A stretch of DNA of 63,234 nucleotides, the filler included, from Octopus bimaculoides (Eukaryota), in the NCBI RefSeq assembly GCF_001194135.2. It is 5 parts of 5 records of this genome, joined end to end, with 100 filler letters (N's around TTAATTAATTAA, not from the genome) between each part and the next. Parts side by side here need not be neighbours in the genome. Positions count along the whole stretch, not along the records: positions 38,215 to 59,499 come from NC_068987.1; 4 more parts are not named here. The stretch is one strand, 5' to 3'. Below, piece by piece: positions 39,135-51,312 of this stretch. Numbering within the stretch: the stretch's first letter is position 1; each line of letters opens with the position of its first letter. A program made the position numbers and the translations under genes. Below the pieces are notes generated by a model that was not told where the DNA came from, did no database searches, and was given only the letters and a program-made list of their open reading frames with translations.

Positions 39135-40489
39135 GTTCGCGACTACATTCCTCCATGGTACAAATTTAGTTTTTGTATACAAATTTAATTTGCGGTCTAT
39201 GGGAAGAGTCATTTTAACGATGCGTCCTGCCCTACTCTTCGAAACGCCTGTGTTAGAATGGGGGTAGCTNNNNNNNNNNNNNNNNNNNNNNNNNNNNNNN
39301 NNNNNNNNNNNNNNNNNNNNNNNNNNNNNNNNNNNNNNNNNNNNNNNNNNNNNNNNNNNNNNNNNNNNNNNNNNNNNNNNNNNNNNNNNNNNNNNNNNNN
39401 NNNNNNNNNNNNNNNNNNNNNNNNNNNNNNNNNNNNNNNNNNNNNNNNNNNNNNNNNNNNNNNNNNNNNNNNNNNNNNNNNNNNNNNNNNNNNNNNNNNN
39501 NNNNNNNNNNNNNNNNNNNNNNNNNNNNNNNNNNNNNNNNNNNNNNNNNNNNNNNNNNNNNNNNNNNNNNNNNNNNNNNNNNNNNNNNNNNNNNNNNNNN
39601 NNNNNNNNNNNNNNNNNNNNNNNNNNNNNNNNNNNNNNNNNNNNNNNNNNNNNNNNNNNNNNNNNNNNNNNNNNNNNNNNNNNNNNNNNNNNNNNNNNNN
39701 NNNNNNNNNNNNNNNNNNNNNNNNNNNNNNNNNNNNNNNNNNNNNNNNNNNNNNNNNNNNNNNNNNNNNNNNNNNNNNNNNNNNNNNNNNNNNNNNNNNN
39801 NNNNNNNNNNNNNNNNNNNNNNNNNNNNNNNNNNNNNNNNNNNNNNNNNNNNNNNNNNNNNNNNNNNNNNNNNNNNNNNNNNNNNNNNNNNNNNNNNNNN
39901 NNNNNNNNNNNNNNNNNNNNNNNNNNNNNNNNNNNNNNNNNNNNNNNNNNNNNNNNNNNNNNNNNNNNNNNNNNNNNNNNNNNNNNNNNNNNNNNNNNNN
40001 NNNNNNNNNNNNNNNNNNNNNNNNNNNNNNNNNNNNNNNNNNNNNNNNNNNNNNNNNNNNNNNNNNNNNNNNNNNNNNNNNNNNNNNNNNNNNNNNNNNN
40101 NNNNNNNNNNNNNNNNNNNNNNNNNNNNNNNNNNNNNNNNNNNNNNNNNNNNNNNNNNNNNNNNNNNNNNNNNNNNNNNNNNNNNNNNNNNNNNNNNNNN
40201 NNNNNNNNNNNNNNNNNNNNNNNNNNNNNNNNNNNNNNNNNNNNNNNNNNNNNNNNNNNNNAGAGGAAGAGAAAGAGAAAGAGATAGAGTAGCGTCGGAA
40301 AGTATAAGTTTACGAAAACTACTTACGAATTGGAGACGCTGCGTTCAGTCATGTAAAAACAAATAGTAAATGAGTATATGCATATATACGTACAGGTATG
40401 TGCATACCGACATCCACCTGTATGTATAGGTGCATATCTGGGTACAGGACATTGCAAACAAAACAGAGACGCATATATATCTTCCGATT

Positions 40490-40610
40490 GGTCGCCCCTT
40501 GCCGTGGTGGAAGAGCTTGCGTGTTCCAGTGATTCCGAGAGCGATGCTGTCTGGAGTCTTGGTAGGGCCACCCATGACGGCAAGGTCGAGGATGAGGTCC
40601 CAGACTAAAC
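40490..40610 (+). mobile_element. RTE-clade (Rex3/BovB-like) LINE 5' UTR fragment
   Basis: CCTTGCCGTGGTGGAAGAGCTTGCGTG...GATGCTGTC...GGTAGGGCCACCCATGACGGCAAGGTCGAGGATGAGGTCCCAGACTAA resembles RTE 5' ends as I recall them. Confidence 0.55.
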
Positions 40611-40864
40611 ACGATCAAATACCAACACCCCCACCCCCACCCCACAAGGCTAAACAACAATAACTCACAACGATGTGGCCTATACTCTTAAATGAAGGAA
40701 CTGGACTCAGGATGGTTTCATGGTACAGTGACGTCATATATTATTAGTTATAATACGTTTATTTAAACAGAATACCCACGGTCATCATTTAATTTCACTG
40801 AAGAAATTCTGGAACGTTTATTTGATATTATTTGTGTATTGGTGTCTATCTGGAATGCTTTTAG

Positions 40865-41518
40865 AGTGTGTGTGAGTGTGTGAGTGTGTATGTGTGTGTG
40901 AGTGTGTGTGAGTGTGTGTAGGTGTGCGTGTGTGTGTAGGTGTGTGTGTGTGTAGGCGTAAGAGAGGAGAAGGAGGGGTGAGGGAAGCGGAGAAGGGTGA
41001 GAGTGAGGGAGGGTGTGAGATGGAGGAAAGAAGAGAGAGGGATGGAGGGAGAGTGAAGAAAGGAGGAAGAAAGAGAGAAAGTAAGAGAGAGAGAGAGAGA
41101 GAGGGAGTGGGGAAAGAGAATGATAAGGTGCGCCAGTACTCACTTGATTATTCTATTGCCATTATGTGTGTGCGCATGTATGCATACACATAAGCAGACA
41201 AGTACACACACACACACATACATACACATACACACCTGCAGACAATAGACTGAGAACCCAAGAAACACGCACTATGAGAGACTGTAAGAGACAGTGAGAG
41301 AGAGAGAGAGAGAGAGTGAGAGGGATAGAGAGTGAGAGAGAAAGAGAAAGGAGAGAGAGAGAGAAGGAGAAAGGAGAGAGAGTGTGAGAGAGAAAGAGAA
41401 AGGAGAGAGAGAGAAAGAAAGAAAAAGAAAAAAGAGAAAAAAGAAAGAAGGGAAAGAAAGAAAGAAAGAAGAGAGAGAGAAAGAGAGAGAGAGGGAGATA
41501 AAGAAAGAAAGAGAGAGA

Positions 41519-41584
<66 letters not shown>

Positions 41585-41600
41585 GAGAGAGAAAGAGAAA
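40865..41600. repeat. Large (TG)n then GA-rich purine microsatellite block
   Basis: Direct reading; accounts for ORFs 40763-41708. Confidence 0.95.
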
Positions 41601-42089
41601 GAGAGCAGACAGCCAACCATGCAGATATGCAATATACAACGTCATATATCCACTTAAATCGAAGTGAAAAGTAATATTTTTATAAATTTCCTTGTCACAG
41701 TTCATCAATATTAGAATGTGTAACAGCTTCTTTTAATTCATTCGTGTTTGAATGAATTCTGTACATTAAACTTGCAAACCACCTCCTACGTGAGCTGCAG
41801 CTCTGCTATCCGCCACAAACACGCAAACACACGTAGATGGACACGCATACAAATACATAACAGACATATGTCCACACATACACACATGTATATACACATG
41901 AGTACTTCAGATATCATTCTTGTGGCTTGGTATGGACGTATGTATTATCATATATTGGTATCACCCTTCCGCTAAACAACCCCGTTTTGCTACGCTGACC
42001 AATTGCGCAATGCTGGCCCAGCAAGAATAAACATGACGTCGAGACGTTTGCCTCTAATTAACACGGTTTCGAATTCAGATAAGAGCACT

Positions 42090-42276
42090 TTACACTTTTA
42101 CTTGTTTCAGTCATTTGACTGCGGCCATGCTGGAGCACCGCCTATAGTCGAGCAAATCGACCCTGGGACTTATTCTTTGTAAGCTTAGTACTTATTTCAT
42201 CTGACTCTTTTGCCGAACCGCTAAGTGACGGGGACATAAACACACCAGCATCGGTTGTCAAGCAATGCTAGGGGGA

Positions 42277-42355
<79 letters not shown>

Positions 42356-42356
42356 T
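42090..42356 (-). mobile_element. SINE family A, 3' half with (CA)n
   Basis: TTTACTTGTTTCAGTCATTTGACTGCGGCCATGCTGGAGCACCGCC...CACACCAGCATCGGTTGTCAAGC. Confidence 0.9.
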
Positions 42357-42393
42357 AGTTCATGCGTCATGAATGGAGTTTGCCATATGTATC

Positions 42394-42807
42394 TTTTACT
42401 TGCTTCAGTCATTACACAGTGGCCATGCTGGAGTACCGCCTTGTAGAATTTTAGTCGAATGAATCAATCCAACCCCTTATTTTCCCAAGTACTGGTACTT
42501 ATCGATCTTTTTTGCTTAACCGCAAAGTTACAGGGACGTAAACACACCACCATCGGTTATCAAGCAATGGTAGGGGACAAACACAAGGGCACACACATAC
42601 ACACACATACATCCACAATTGCACAGACACACACAAGTGCACACACACGCATATATGCACTTTCAGTTTCCATCTGCCAAACCCACTCAGTAGGCTTTGG
42701 TCGGCCCGTGGCTATAGTAGAAGACTCTTGCTGAAGTTGCCCTGCAGTGAGATTGAACCCAGAACCATGTCGTTGGGAAGCAAGCTTCTTACCACACAGC
42801 CACACCT
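42394..42807 (-). mobile_element. SINE family A, near full length
   Basis: Tail, body and head ...ACCATGTCGTTGGGAAGCAAGCTTCTTACCACACAGCCAC. Confidence 0.85.
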
Positions 42808-43397
42808 AGCTTACAGAAACACACACACACACGTATGTATGTATGTATGTATGTATGTATGTATGTATGTATGTATGTATGTGTTAATATTTGCATGGAC
42901 TCAGCTTGGATTATAACCCGTTATATACGATATACATGAATGCATGTCTGTGCAAGTGTGTGTGCATATGTATATATGTACGCACACACACATATACTCA
43001 TATGTATGCATATATACTCATCTGTGTATGTGTGTGTGCAGATATATATTAGTAGTCAAGGCGTCAGGGTAAAAGGGGGAGTGGCTTTAATGCGACAAAA
43101 TCTCTATATGTACATGCATATTTATGACAGTAAATATAAGATGGCAATAAAATAACTGATAAGCGATTTAAATGTGAGGAGAAGATAATTATAGCAGTGA
43201 TAAAACAACTGACAGTTATAAAATACATTAAATGAGATGAAAATAAAGGAGTCAATAAAAAGAAATAAAAATGCGATTGTTATAAAAGAACCGATGAAAA
43301 CAATAAAATAAAGGAAACTAGCGATATTAGGCTAGGTACTTATTAATCCTGAATTTAAAGAGCGCAACTTCATATTCCACAGGAAAACAACAGCGGG

Positions 43398-43399
<2 letters not shown>

Positions 43400-43457
<58 letters not shown>

Positions 43458-43616
43458 ATAGATAGACAGACAGACAGACAGATAGATAGATAGATAGATA
43501 GATAAACAGATACATAGAGAGATAGATAGATTGCTAGATAGATAGATTGCTAGATAGATAGATTGATAGATAGATAGATAGACAGACAGACAGATAGATA
43601 GATTGATATATATATA
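43400..43616. repeat. Compound (GATA)/(GA)/(GACA) microsatellite
   Basis: Direct reading. Confidence 0.95.
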
Positions 43617-43894
43617 NNNNNNNNNNNNNNNNNNNNNNNNNNNNNNNNNNNNNNNNNNNNNNNNNNNNNNNNNNNNNNNNNNNNNNNNNAATTGAGATGC
43701 TCAGAAAAAAAGAAGAATTTGTGTGTGGAATTTATAGTAGTTCAATGAGTTATCAAATTGGGGGCATGGATGTAATTCATTAAATTTGGCAAACCAAATT
43801 CTTATGAAATATTCACAGATTAGCAGTACCAGGAGAGGAAACTAATACAAGCATTCACCATGGAAATAGCCTATATATATATATATATATATAT

Positions 43895-44460
43895 AAAGGA
43901 ATACCAAAAATGGGAGCTGAACGCAAAACATCCAGACGCTTAGATGATACAAAAAAAAAAAGGAAAAACAAGACGTCCAGACAGATGATACAAAGAAAGC
44001 AAGGACGGGTCATTCGGATTTTACTATCCTCAGTCGAGTTCCAGATTATCTTTGCGATTTTGGCTGGTTATACTCGAGATTGCTCCAATCTGGCCAGCCC
44101 CAAGGAAAAACTAAGCTAAGAGCACGAGATTCTTGGAACAAAGCAGCGAATGTATACGAAAACAAGGACAAAAAAAAAAAACCCGGAGAAATGGTACACA
44201 AATACAAATTCAATTAAGCTGGTGCGTATGGAAGTGAAGCTTTACGGCAGGGACATAAGAGATGACAGGCATGGGGAGGAATATAGATGTTGCATGGATA
44301 GTAGTCGAACCAAGAAAGAAAGGTCAGGTTTGGCCGAACACCGGTCACGTGAAGAGAGAAGAGAGAGAGGTAGAGGTAGAAGGATAGAGGAATTAGGTAG
44401 GGATGAGAAGGAAAATGAAAGGGACAGAGAGAAGTGAAAGAGGCGGGAAGGTAAGGATGA
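43895..44460 (-). repeat. Family F interspersed repeat, flanked by (TA)n on both sides
   Basis: Reverse-complement similarity to 34601-35040 (GATTGCTCCAATCTGGCCAGC..., TTACGGCAGGGA, TTGGCCGAACACCGGT). Confidence 0.8.
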
Positions 44461-44641
44461 AGATATATATATATATATATACGAGAAAAGTCAGTAAAAC
44501 TAATCTTATTTCGGGTCTAAAGTTCTGTTACCACAGCTACTCCTACCACCATCACCACTACCAACGACAACAATGATAAAGGTGATGATAATGGTGATGA
44601 TGATGATTGAAATGTAAAAATCCCTGGGAAATGTTTACAAC

Positions 44642-44868
44642 ATTTCTTATTTCTTTATTGCCCACACGGGGTTAAACATAGAGGGTACAAACAAGGACAG
44701 ACAAAGGGATTAAGTCGATTACATCGACCCCAGTGCGTAACTGGTACTCAATTTATCGACTCCGAAAGGATGAAAGGCAAAGTCGACCGCGGCGGAATTT
44801 GAACTCGGAACGTAACGGCAGACGAAATACCGCTAAGCATTTCGCCCAGCGTGCTAACGTTTCTGCCA
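44642..44868 (-). mobile_element. SINE family B, GGACAGACAAAGGG-tail variant
   Basis: Full body and head ...GCGTGCTAACGTTTCTGCCA. Confidence 0.9.
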
Positions 44869-45401
44869 AGCATTTAAAAAATATCCAAACAATTACTACT
44901 TTGGCCATGGTCAAAATACAGGTCTCTTGACATGTTTAACAAACCGTGACGCCTAAACCAAGCACTAATCAACTGAAGTAATTTAGTAAAGCCACACACT
45001 GATTGGTCAGAATACAGTTTACGTAACTCAACATTTGTGAGCCTATACAAATGTATTCAAGGCAAACGTTTTGGCCACCTCACTACAGTTGTAAATTGTA
45101 AAACATGACTGTTACTACAACTACATGAACCTGAAGATTGCATAGTTTAATGAAAGTATTAGTTCAATCAGAAAGGACGTTTAATGTTCTATCGTTTCAT
45201 TATATTATATTATGTTATAAAATTGTAAACAAAACGTGGAAATCAAAGTTGAAATTTCTTTGAGTTATATATTCTTCTATACACATACATACACATCTGT
45301 GTATGTATGTATGTATGTATGTATGTATGTATGTATGTATGTATGTATGTATGTATGTATCTATCTATCAATCAATCAATCAATCTATCTATCTATCTAT
45401 G

Positions 45402-45597
45402 CAGTAATCCCTCGACTATCGCGGGTGGTACTTTCCAAAACCTCACGTGATAGGTGAAAATCTGCGAAGTAGAAACAGTACTATGCTGTATATATTTTTT
45501 ATCATTTTTATAATTTGCATATATTTATTTTATAAATGCAAAGCATCACCACACATTCGCCTCCCGAGTTTCGTTTTCCATACACTATGTGCGATTC
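45402..45597 (+). mobile_element. Probable Tigger/pogo-type DNA transposon terminus, continues into gap
   Basis: Begins CAGTAATCCCTCGACTATCGCGGG...GATAGGTGAAAATCTGCGAAGTAGA, a CAGT-starting terminal pattern typical of pogo/Tigger TIRs. Confidence 0.5.
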
Positions 45598-46836
45598 NNN
45601 NNNNNNNNNNNNNNNNNNNNNNNNNNNNNNNNNNNNNNNNNNNNNNNNNNNNNNNNNNNNNNNNNNNNNNNNNNNNNNNNNNNNNNNNNNNNNNNNNNNN
45701 NNNNNNNNNNNNNNNNNNNNNNNNNNNNNNNNNNNNNNNNNNNNNNNNNNNNNNNNNNNNNNNNNNNNNNNNNNNNNNNNNNNNNNNNNNNNNNNNNNNN
45801 NNNNNNNNNNNNNNNNNNNNNNNNNNNNNNNNNNNNNNNNNNNNNNNNNNNNNNNNNNNNNNNNNNNNNNNNNNNNNNNNNNNNNNNNNNNNNNNNNNNN
45901 NNNNNNNNNNNNNNNNNNNNNNNNNNNNNNNNNNNNNNNNNNNNNNNNNNNNNNNNNNNNNNNNNNNNNNNNNNNNNNNNNNNNNNNNNNNNNNNNNNNN
46001 NNNNNNNNNNNNNNNNNNNNNNNNNNNNNNNNNNNNNNNNNNNNNNNNNNNNNNNNNNNNNNNNNNNNNNNNNNNNNNNNNNNNNNNNNNNNNNNNNNNN
46101 NNNNNNNNNNNNNNNNNNNNNNNNNNNNNNNNNNNNNNNNNNNNNNNNNNNNNNNNNNNNNNNNNNNNNNNNNNNNNNNNNNNNNNNNNNNNNNNNNNNN
46201 NNNNNNNNNNNNNNNNNNNNNNNNNNNNNNNNNNNNNNNNNNNNNNNNNNNNNNNNNNNNNNNNNNNNNNNNNNNNNNNNNNNNNNNNNNNNNNNTATAT
46301 ATATACATACATATATATATGTACAAGAGGTTGATGTAATCGAATAATATCTAAAACCCTTCAAAGCAATGACACTACCCGGCTACACTCTAATGGCTGA
46401 AATTAGGAAAAGAATACCAGAATATAGGAATAAAAAAATATAAGACAAAAAGAATACCAGAATACAAGAATAAAAAAATGCAAGACTAAAACAATACATG
46501 AACATAGGCTAACATGAGCCAATTTCTATGTAGTTGTTTGAATTGCTTGGCTCACTCTAGCTGTCAATTCGGCTCAAACAAATTCCCTGTCATCTTTGTA
46601 AGAGATGTTATATTGTTCAAAAGTAGAGAACAGGAAGATCTATTACACACATATATACACCTTTACACATACATGTATGTATGTGTGTCTATACGCATAT
46701 ATGTATAAGCAAAACATACATATACAAACACATATATAAGAGACATTATATTGTTCTAAAGGTGAGAACAGGAAACTCTTATACATAAATACGCATACAC
46801 ACGCACACCCACATATGTACACACATAGAGATATAC

Positions 46837-46875
<39 letters not shown>

Positions 46876-47030
46876 CGCGTTTAAATATATATACACATAC
46901 ACACATATATAAAAATATATGTATGTATGTATATATATTAGCATACGTATATATGCAGACACTTCTATAAATCTGTATATAAACAACATATATTATACAT
47001 AAATTCATAGCAGTGACTAAGGTATTGTGT

Positions 47031-47076
<46 letters not shown>

Positions 47077-48177
47077 ACAAAGTACTTTAGTTATTGCAAT
47101 GACTATGATGGACCGGTTCTTCCATTACTGAATGTAGTGCCATAACAATTTGTCAATTAGTTTAGTGTGAAAATCTACTTGAGATATTTCAACTGGATTT
47201 GCTTAGATATGTGATCAGAATAGGTTTCGAACGGTTGTGGTGTGTGGAAGTGCAAAGGTGAGTGGGTGGCGAAAATGCCATTTTGATGGAAATGTCGTTT
47301 ATTCGAGATGAGTAAATAGATAGTTATATAGAGGAATAAATACGCAAGCTCTCATACACTGATTCGTTCACTCTCGCGTTGTCCTTCTCTCTCTCTCCCT
47401 CTCTCTGTATNNNNNNNNNNNNNNNNNNNNNNNNNNNNNNNNNNNNNNNNNNNNNNNNNNNNNNNNNNNNNNNNNNNNNNNNNNNNNNNNNNNNNNNNNN
47501 NNNNNNNNNNNNNNNNNNNNNNNNNNNNNNNNNNNNNNNNNNNNNNNNNNNNNNNNNNNNNNNNNNNNNNNNNNNNNNNNNNNNNNNNNNNNNNNNNNNN
47601 NNNNNNNNNNNNNNNNNNNNNNNNNNNNNNNNNNNNNNNNNNNNNNNNNNNNNNNNNNNNNNNNNNNNNNNNNNNNNNNNNNNNNNNNNNNNNNNNNNNN
47701 NNNNNNNNNNNNNNNNNNNNNNNNNNNNNNNNNNNNNNNNNNNNNNNNNNNNNNNNNNNNNNNNNNNNNNNNNNNNNNNNNNNNNNNNNNNNNNNNNNNN
47801 NNNNNNNNNNNNNNNNNNNNNNNNNNNNNNNNNNNNNNNNNNNNNNNNNNNNNNNNNNNNNNNNNNNNNNNNNNNNNNNNNNNNNNNNNNNNNNNNNNNN
47901 NNNNNNNNNNNNNNNNNNNNNNNNNNNNNNNNNNNNNNNNNNNNNNNNNNNNNNNNNNNNNNNNNNNNNNNNNNNNNNNNNNNNNNNNNNNNNNNNNNNN
48001 NNNNNNNNNNNNNNNNNNNNNNNNNNNNNNNNNNNNNNNNNNNNNNNNNNNNNNNNNNNNNNNNNNNNNNNNNNNNNNNNNNNNNNNNNNNNNNNNNNNN
48101 NNNNNNNNNNNNNNNNNNNNNNNNNNNNNNNNNNNNNNNNNNNNNNNNNNNNNNNNNNNNNNNNNNNNNNNNNNNNN

Positions 48178-48341
48178 GTAACTACATTTAAATTCTCCAA
48201 GTGGAAAGGAAGAATACAAAAAAAAACAAAACATTTTGACTTAGCCAGACTTAGAATTAATTACTAGCCTGTATGGTCTGGCTAAGTCAAAATGGCTTTT
48301 TGTATTCTTCTTTTCCACTTGGAGAATTTAAATGTAGTTAC
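48178..48341. repeat. Inverted repeat (arms 48178-48250 and 48276-48341)
   Basis: GTAACTACATTTAAATTCTCCAAGTGGAAA...CATTTTGACTTAGCCAGAC and its reverse complement; left arm is cut by a gap. Confidence 0.85.
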
Positions 48342-48625
48342 AAATATGTCCTGTCCTGTTGAAATGAAATTTCAGTAAATTTCTATATCTTTGTGCAGTT
48401 GAGGATTGCTCTGCATTTTACATTTGATGTAATGTTCACATTGCTTAAATAAATGGAGTCGCATGAAACGATCGTACTGCATTAACTTTGGATATCCTTG
48501 TTGCTTATTTTGATTTTAATCACCTTATTTTGGAATTGTATGGATAATAACCATACTTAATTCTGGTGCCTAAACTTAAGTACCATATTCACCTTGAATC
48601 TAAATTATATATATATATATATATA

Positions 48626-49003
48626 TACGAGGTCTGATCAATAAGTATCCAAACCTGTCATAGTAACGAAGCTAAAGCCTGTAGAGTGAAGCCGCTTGGT
48701 AAAAATTGACCTTGAACTCTGCTGTGCATGTGCGCTAAGTTTTAACGTCCTAGCTCCCTTCCTCTCTTTTCAGTAGTGCTTGGAAAGATATCTCATGGAT
48801 GGCGATTCGACGATTTTCCCTCACTGCTGCACGCACATCTTCGATGTTTTTCTCAGTTCTGCTGGTTGCGGGTCTCACAGAATGTTCGTCATTATCCACA
48901 TTTTTTCGGCCATCCTGGAGACGTCTGAACCACTCATACACTTGTGTGCGCCTCTTACACTCCTCTCCAGACACTTTCTGCAATTTTGCGTAGAACTCAT
49001 TTG
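48626..49003. mobile_element. Rearranged mariner fragment: terminus at 48628 plus N-terminal HTH-coding segment on the minus strand
   Basis: TA-CGAGGTCTGATCAATAAGT terminus. The minus strand of 48790-48995 encodes QVYEWFRRLQDGRKNVDNDEHSVRPATSRTEKNIEDVRAAVRENRRI (mariner helix-turn-helix region). Confidence 0.8.
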
Positions 49004-49211
49004 CTGAACCGTTAAGTTACGGGGACGTAAACACACCAATATCGGTTGTCAAGCGATGGTGGTGGTGGGGGACAACACAGACACAAAGATACAAACATAA
49101 ATATATACATATATACGACGGGTTTCTTTCAGTTTCCACCTACCAAATCCACTCACAAAGTTTCGGTCAGCCTGCGGTTATAGTAGAAAACACTAGCCCA
49201 AGGTGCCACGC
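49004..49211 (-). mobile_element. SINE family A, central fragment between two mariner pieces
   Basis: GAACCGTTAAGTTACGGGGACGTAAACACACC...CCCAAGGTGCCACGCA. Confidence 0.85.
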
Positions 49212-49214
49212 ACA

Positions 49215-49672
49215 TATCTCGGCTCAATCAAAACTTTATTAATCGAAATAAACACCATCAGAATCAACACACTTTTGCCAACGCGAAACAAGTTTATTTA
49301 TGCCAGTAGCGTAAAAATCCTACGTTCTGCTGGCGATGAAGTCGTTGAAGGCGTGTTTGGCATCGTCTTGGTTTTTGAAGCATTTCTCACGTAGGAAGTT
49401 GTCGAGATGCTTGAAAAAGTGATTGTCGGTAGGCGAGAGGTCTGGTGAATATGGCGGATGAGGCAGAGTTTCGTAGCCCAATTCGTTCAACTTCTGCAGG
49501 GTCACTTGTGCGACGTGCGGCCGAGCGTTGTCGTGGAGAAGAATTGATCCTTTTCTATTGACCAATGCTGGTTGTTGTTGTTGGAGTTTCTTATGCATTT
49601 CATCCATTTGCTGACTGTACTTCTCCGCCGTAATGGTTTCGCCTGGATCCAAAAAACTGTAATGGATTCTCA
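49215..49672 (-). mobile_element. Mariner transposase C-terminal half (D34D)
   Basis: ILLHDNARPH...PHPPYSPDLSPTDNHFF with 34 residues between the last two aspartates; then *DFYATGINKLVSRWQKCVDSDGVYFD. No TIR retained. Confidence 0.92.
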
Positions 49673-50540
49673 TTAAAAATTCCACAAGAACTTTCTTGAC
49701 AACCTAATGCCTAAGCTACAATAGAACTGAACCCGAATCCAAAGCGAACTTCTAAACCGCACAGCCAGTACAGCCAGCACATCCAAGTTTATGCGAATTG
49801 GTAATGAGTATGCTGAGAATAATTGCGATAAAATCTTCTGACTGGAAAAGTTCTTAAGTAGTTTATACAGCAAAGAGTTCGTGCTGTACTTGTTGTGTAA
49901 GAAGTAACTACCAGGGTGTATGCACAGGGAGANNNNNNNNNNNNNNNNNNNNNNNNNNNNNNNNNNNNNNNNNNNNNNNNNNNNNNNNNNNNNNNNNNNN
50001 NNNNNNNNNNNNNNNNNNNNNNNNNNNNNNNNNNNNNNNNNNNNNNNNNNNNNNNNNNNNNNNNNNNNNNNNNNNNNNNNNNNNNNNNNNNNNNNNNNNN
50101 NNNNNNNNNNNNNNNNNNNNNNNNNNNNNNNNNNNNNNNNNNNNNNNNNNNNNNNNNNNNNNNNNNNNNNNNNNNNNNNNNNNNNNNNNNNNNNNNTATA
50201 TATATACATACACACACACACACACACATGTATATATATATATATATGTATGTATGTGTGCATGTATATACATATCATCCGAAAGACGTTCAGCAAATTG
50301 GCAAGCAGACATAGACTTGTTCGTTCTCAAATGTTTATACCAAGCTGTATCTTTCAATAGATTTTCTATTAAAATTCTCGTTCATTACATTCTAACTTGT
50401 TCATCTCCGCCGGAACTTTATCTTTCTTCTACAGCTAATGAGATATCTTGCTCTGTTAGTGATTATTCGTAAAAAAATTAACTCTTCTTAATTAAGTTGC
50501 TGAGCTAACTCTAGAAGAAATACATATATATATACATATA

Positions 50541-50981
50541 CTCTTTTACTCTTTTACTTGTTTCAGTTATTTGACTGCGGCCATGTTGGAGTACCGCCTT
50601 TAGTCGAGCAAATCGACCCCAGGACTTATTCTTTGTAAGCTTAGTACTTATTCTATCGACCTCTTTTTGCCGAACCGTTAAGTTACGGGGACATAAACAC
50701 ACCAGCATCGGTTGTCAAGCGATGGTGGGGGAAAAACACAGACACACAAACACACATACATACATATATAATATATATATANNNNNNNNNNNNNNNNNNN
50801 NNNNNNNNNTATATATACGACGGGCTTCTTTCAGTTTCCGTCTACCAAATCCATTCACAAGGCTTTTGTCGGCCTGAGGCTATAGTAGAAGACACTTGCC
50901 CAAGGTGCCACGCAGTGGGACTGAACCCGGAACCATGTGGTTGGTAAGCAAGCTACTTACCACACAGCCACTCCTGCGCCT
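50541..50981 (-). mobile_element. SINE family A, full length, best-preserved copy (short gap in internal microsatellite)
   Basis: Head AGGCGCAGGAGTGGCTGTGTGGTAAG...GGTTCAGTCCCACTGCG...CCTTGGGCAAGTG; tail ...GAAACAAGTAAAAGAGTAAAAGAG. Confidence 0.92.
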
Positions 50982-51312
50982 ATATATATATATGTGTGTC
51001 TGTGTTATTGTTATTGTTGTTGCTGTTGTTGTTGTTGTCGTCGTTGTTGTTATTGTTATTATTATTGTTATTACAGTGAAGCTGAAGGTTAGCTCTGATT
51101 GGGCCGTCGAATGATAGATGCTCAGGTAATCGGCCAAACCACTAGGGCAGTGTACAGATATTTTGTTCTAGATATATCATGCCTTCACCAAGCCGAGTGA
51201 TCAGTCGTTGTTGTTTGGACTGAAATTTTTTGTATTTCTTTATGCCTGCTAATGTTGCAGTAGTTTAGCCCCAGGTCAGCCCTAATAGAGCAGGTCTATG
51301 ATCAAAGACAGT

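Noticed and set aside
44000-44038. Hammerhead-like CTGAGGA...CGAA on the minus strand of family F
   Set aside because: GAA is followed by U, the 15.1-16.1 pair would be G-C, and stem II overlaps the core; it does not fit an active fold.
46390-46775. Short direct duplications (39-bp pair near 46405 and 33-bp pair at 46603/46742)
   Set aside because: Consistent with ordinary local slippage duplications in AT-rich DNA.
49680-49932. Decayed plus-strand frame FHKNFLDNLMPKLQ...
   Set aside because: Four stops and no assignable domain; probably retroelement debris, but not supportable.
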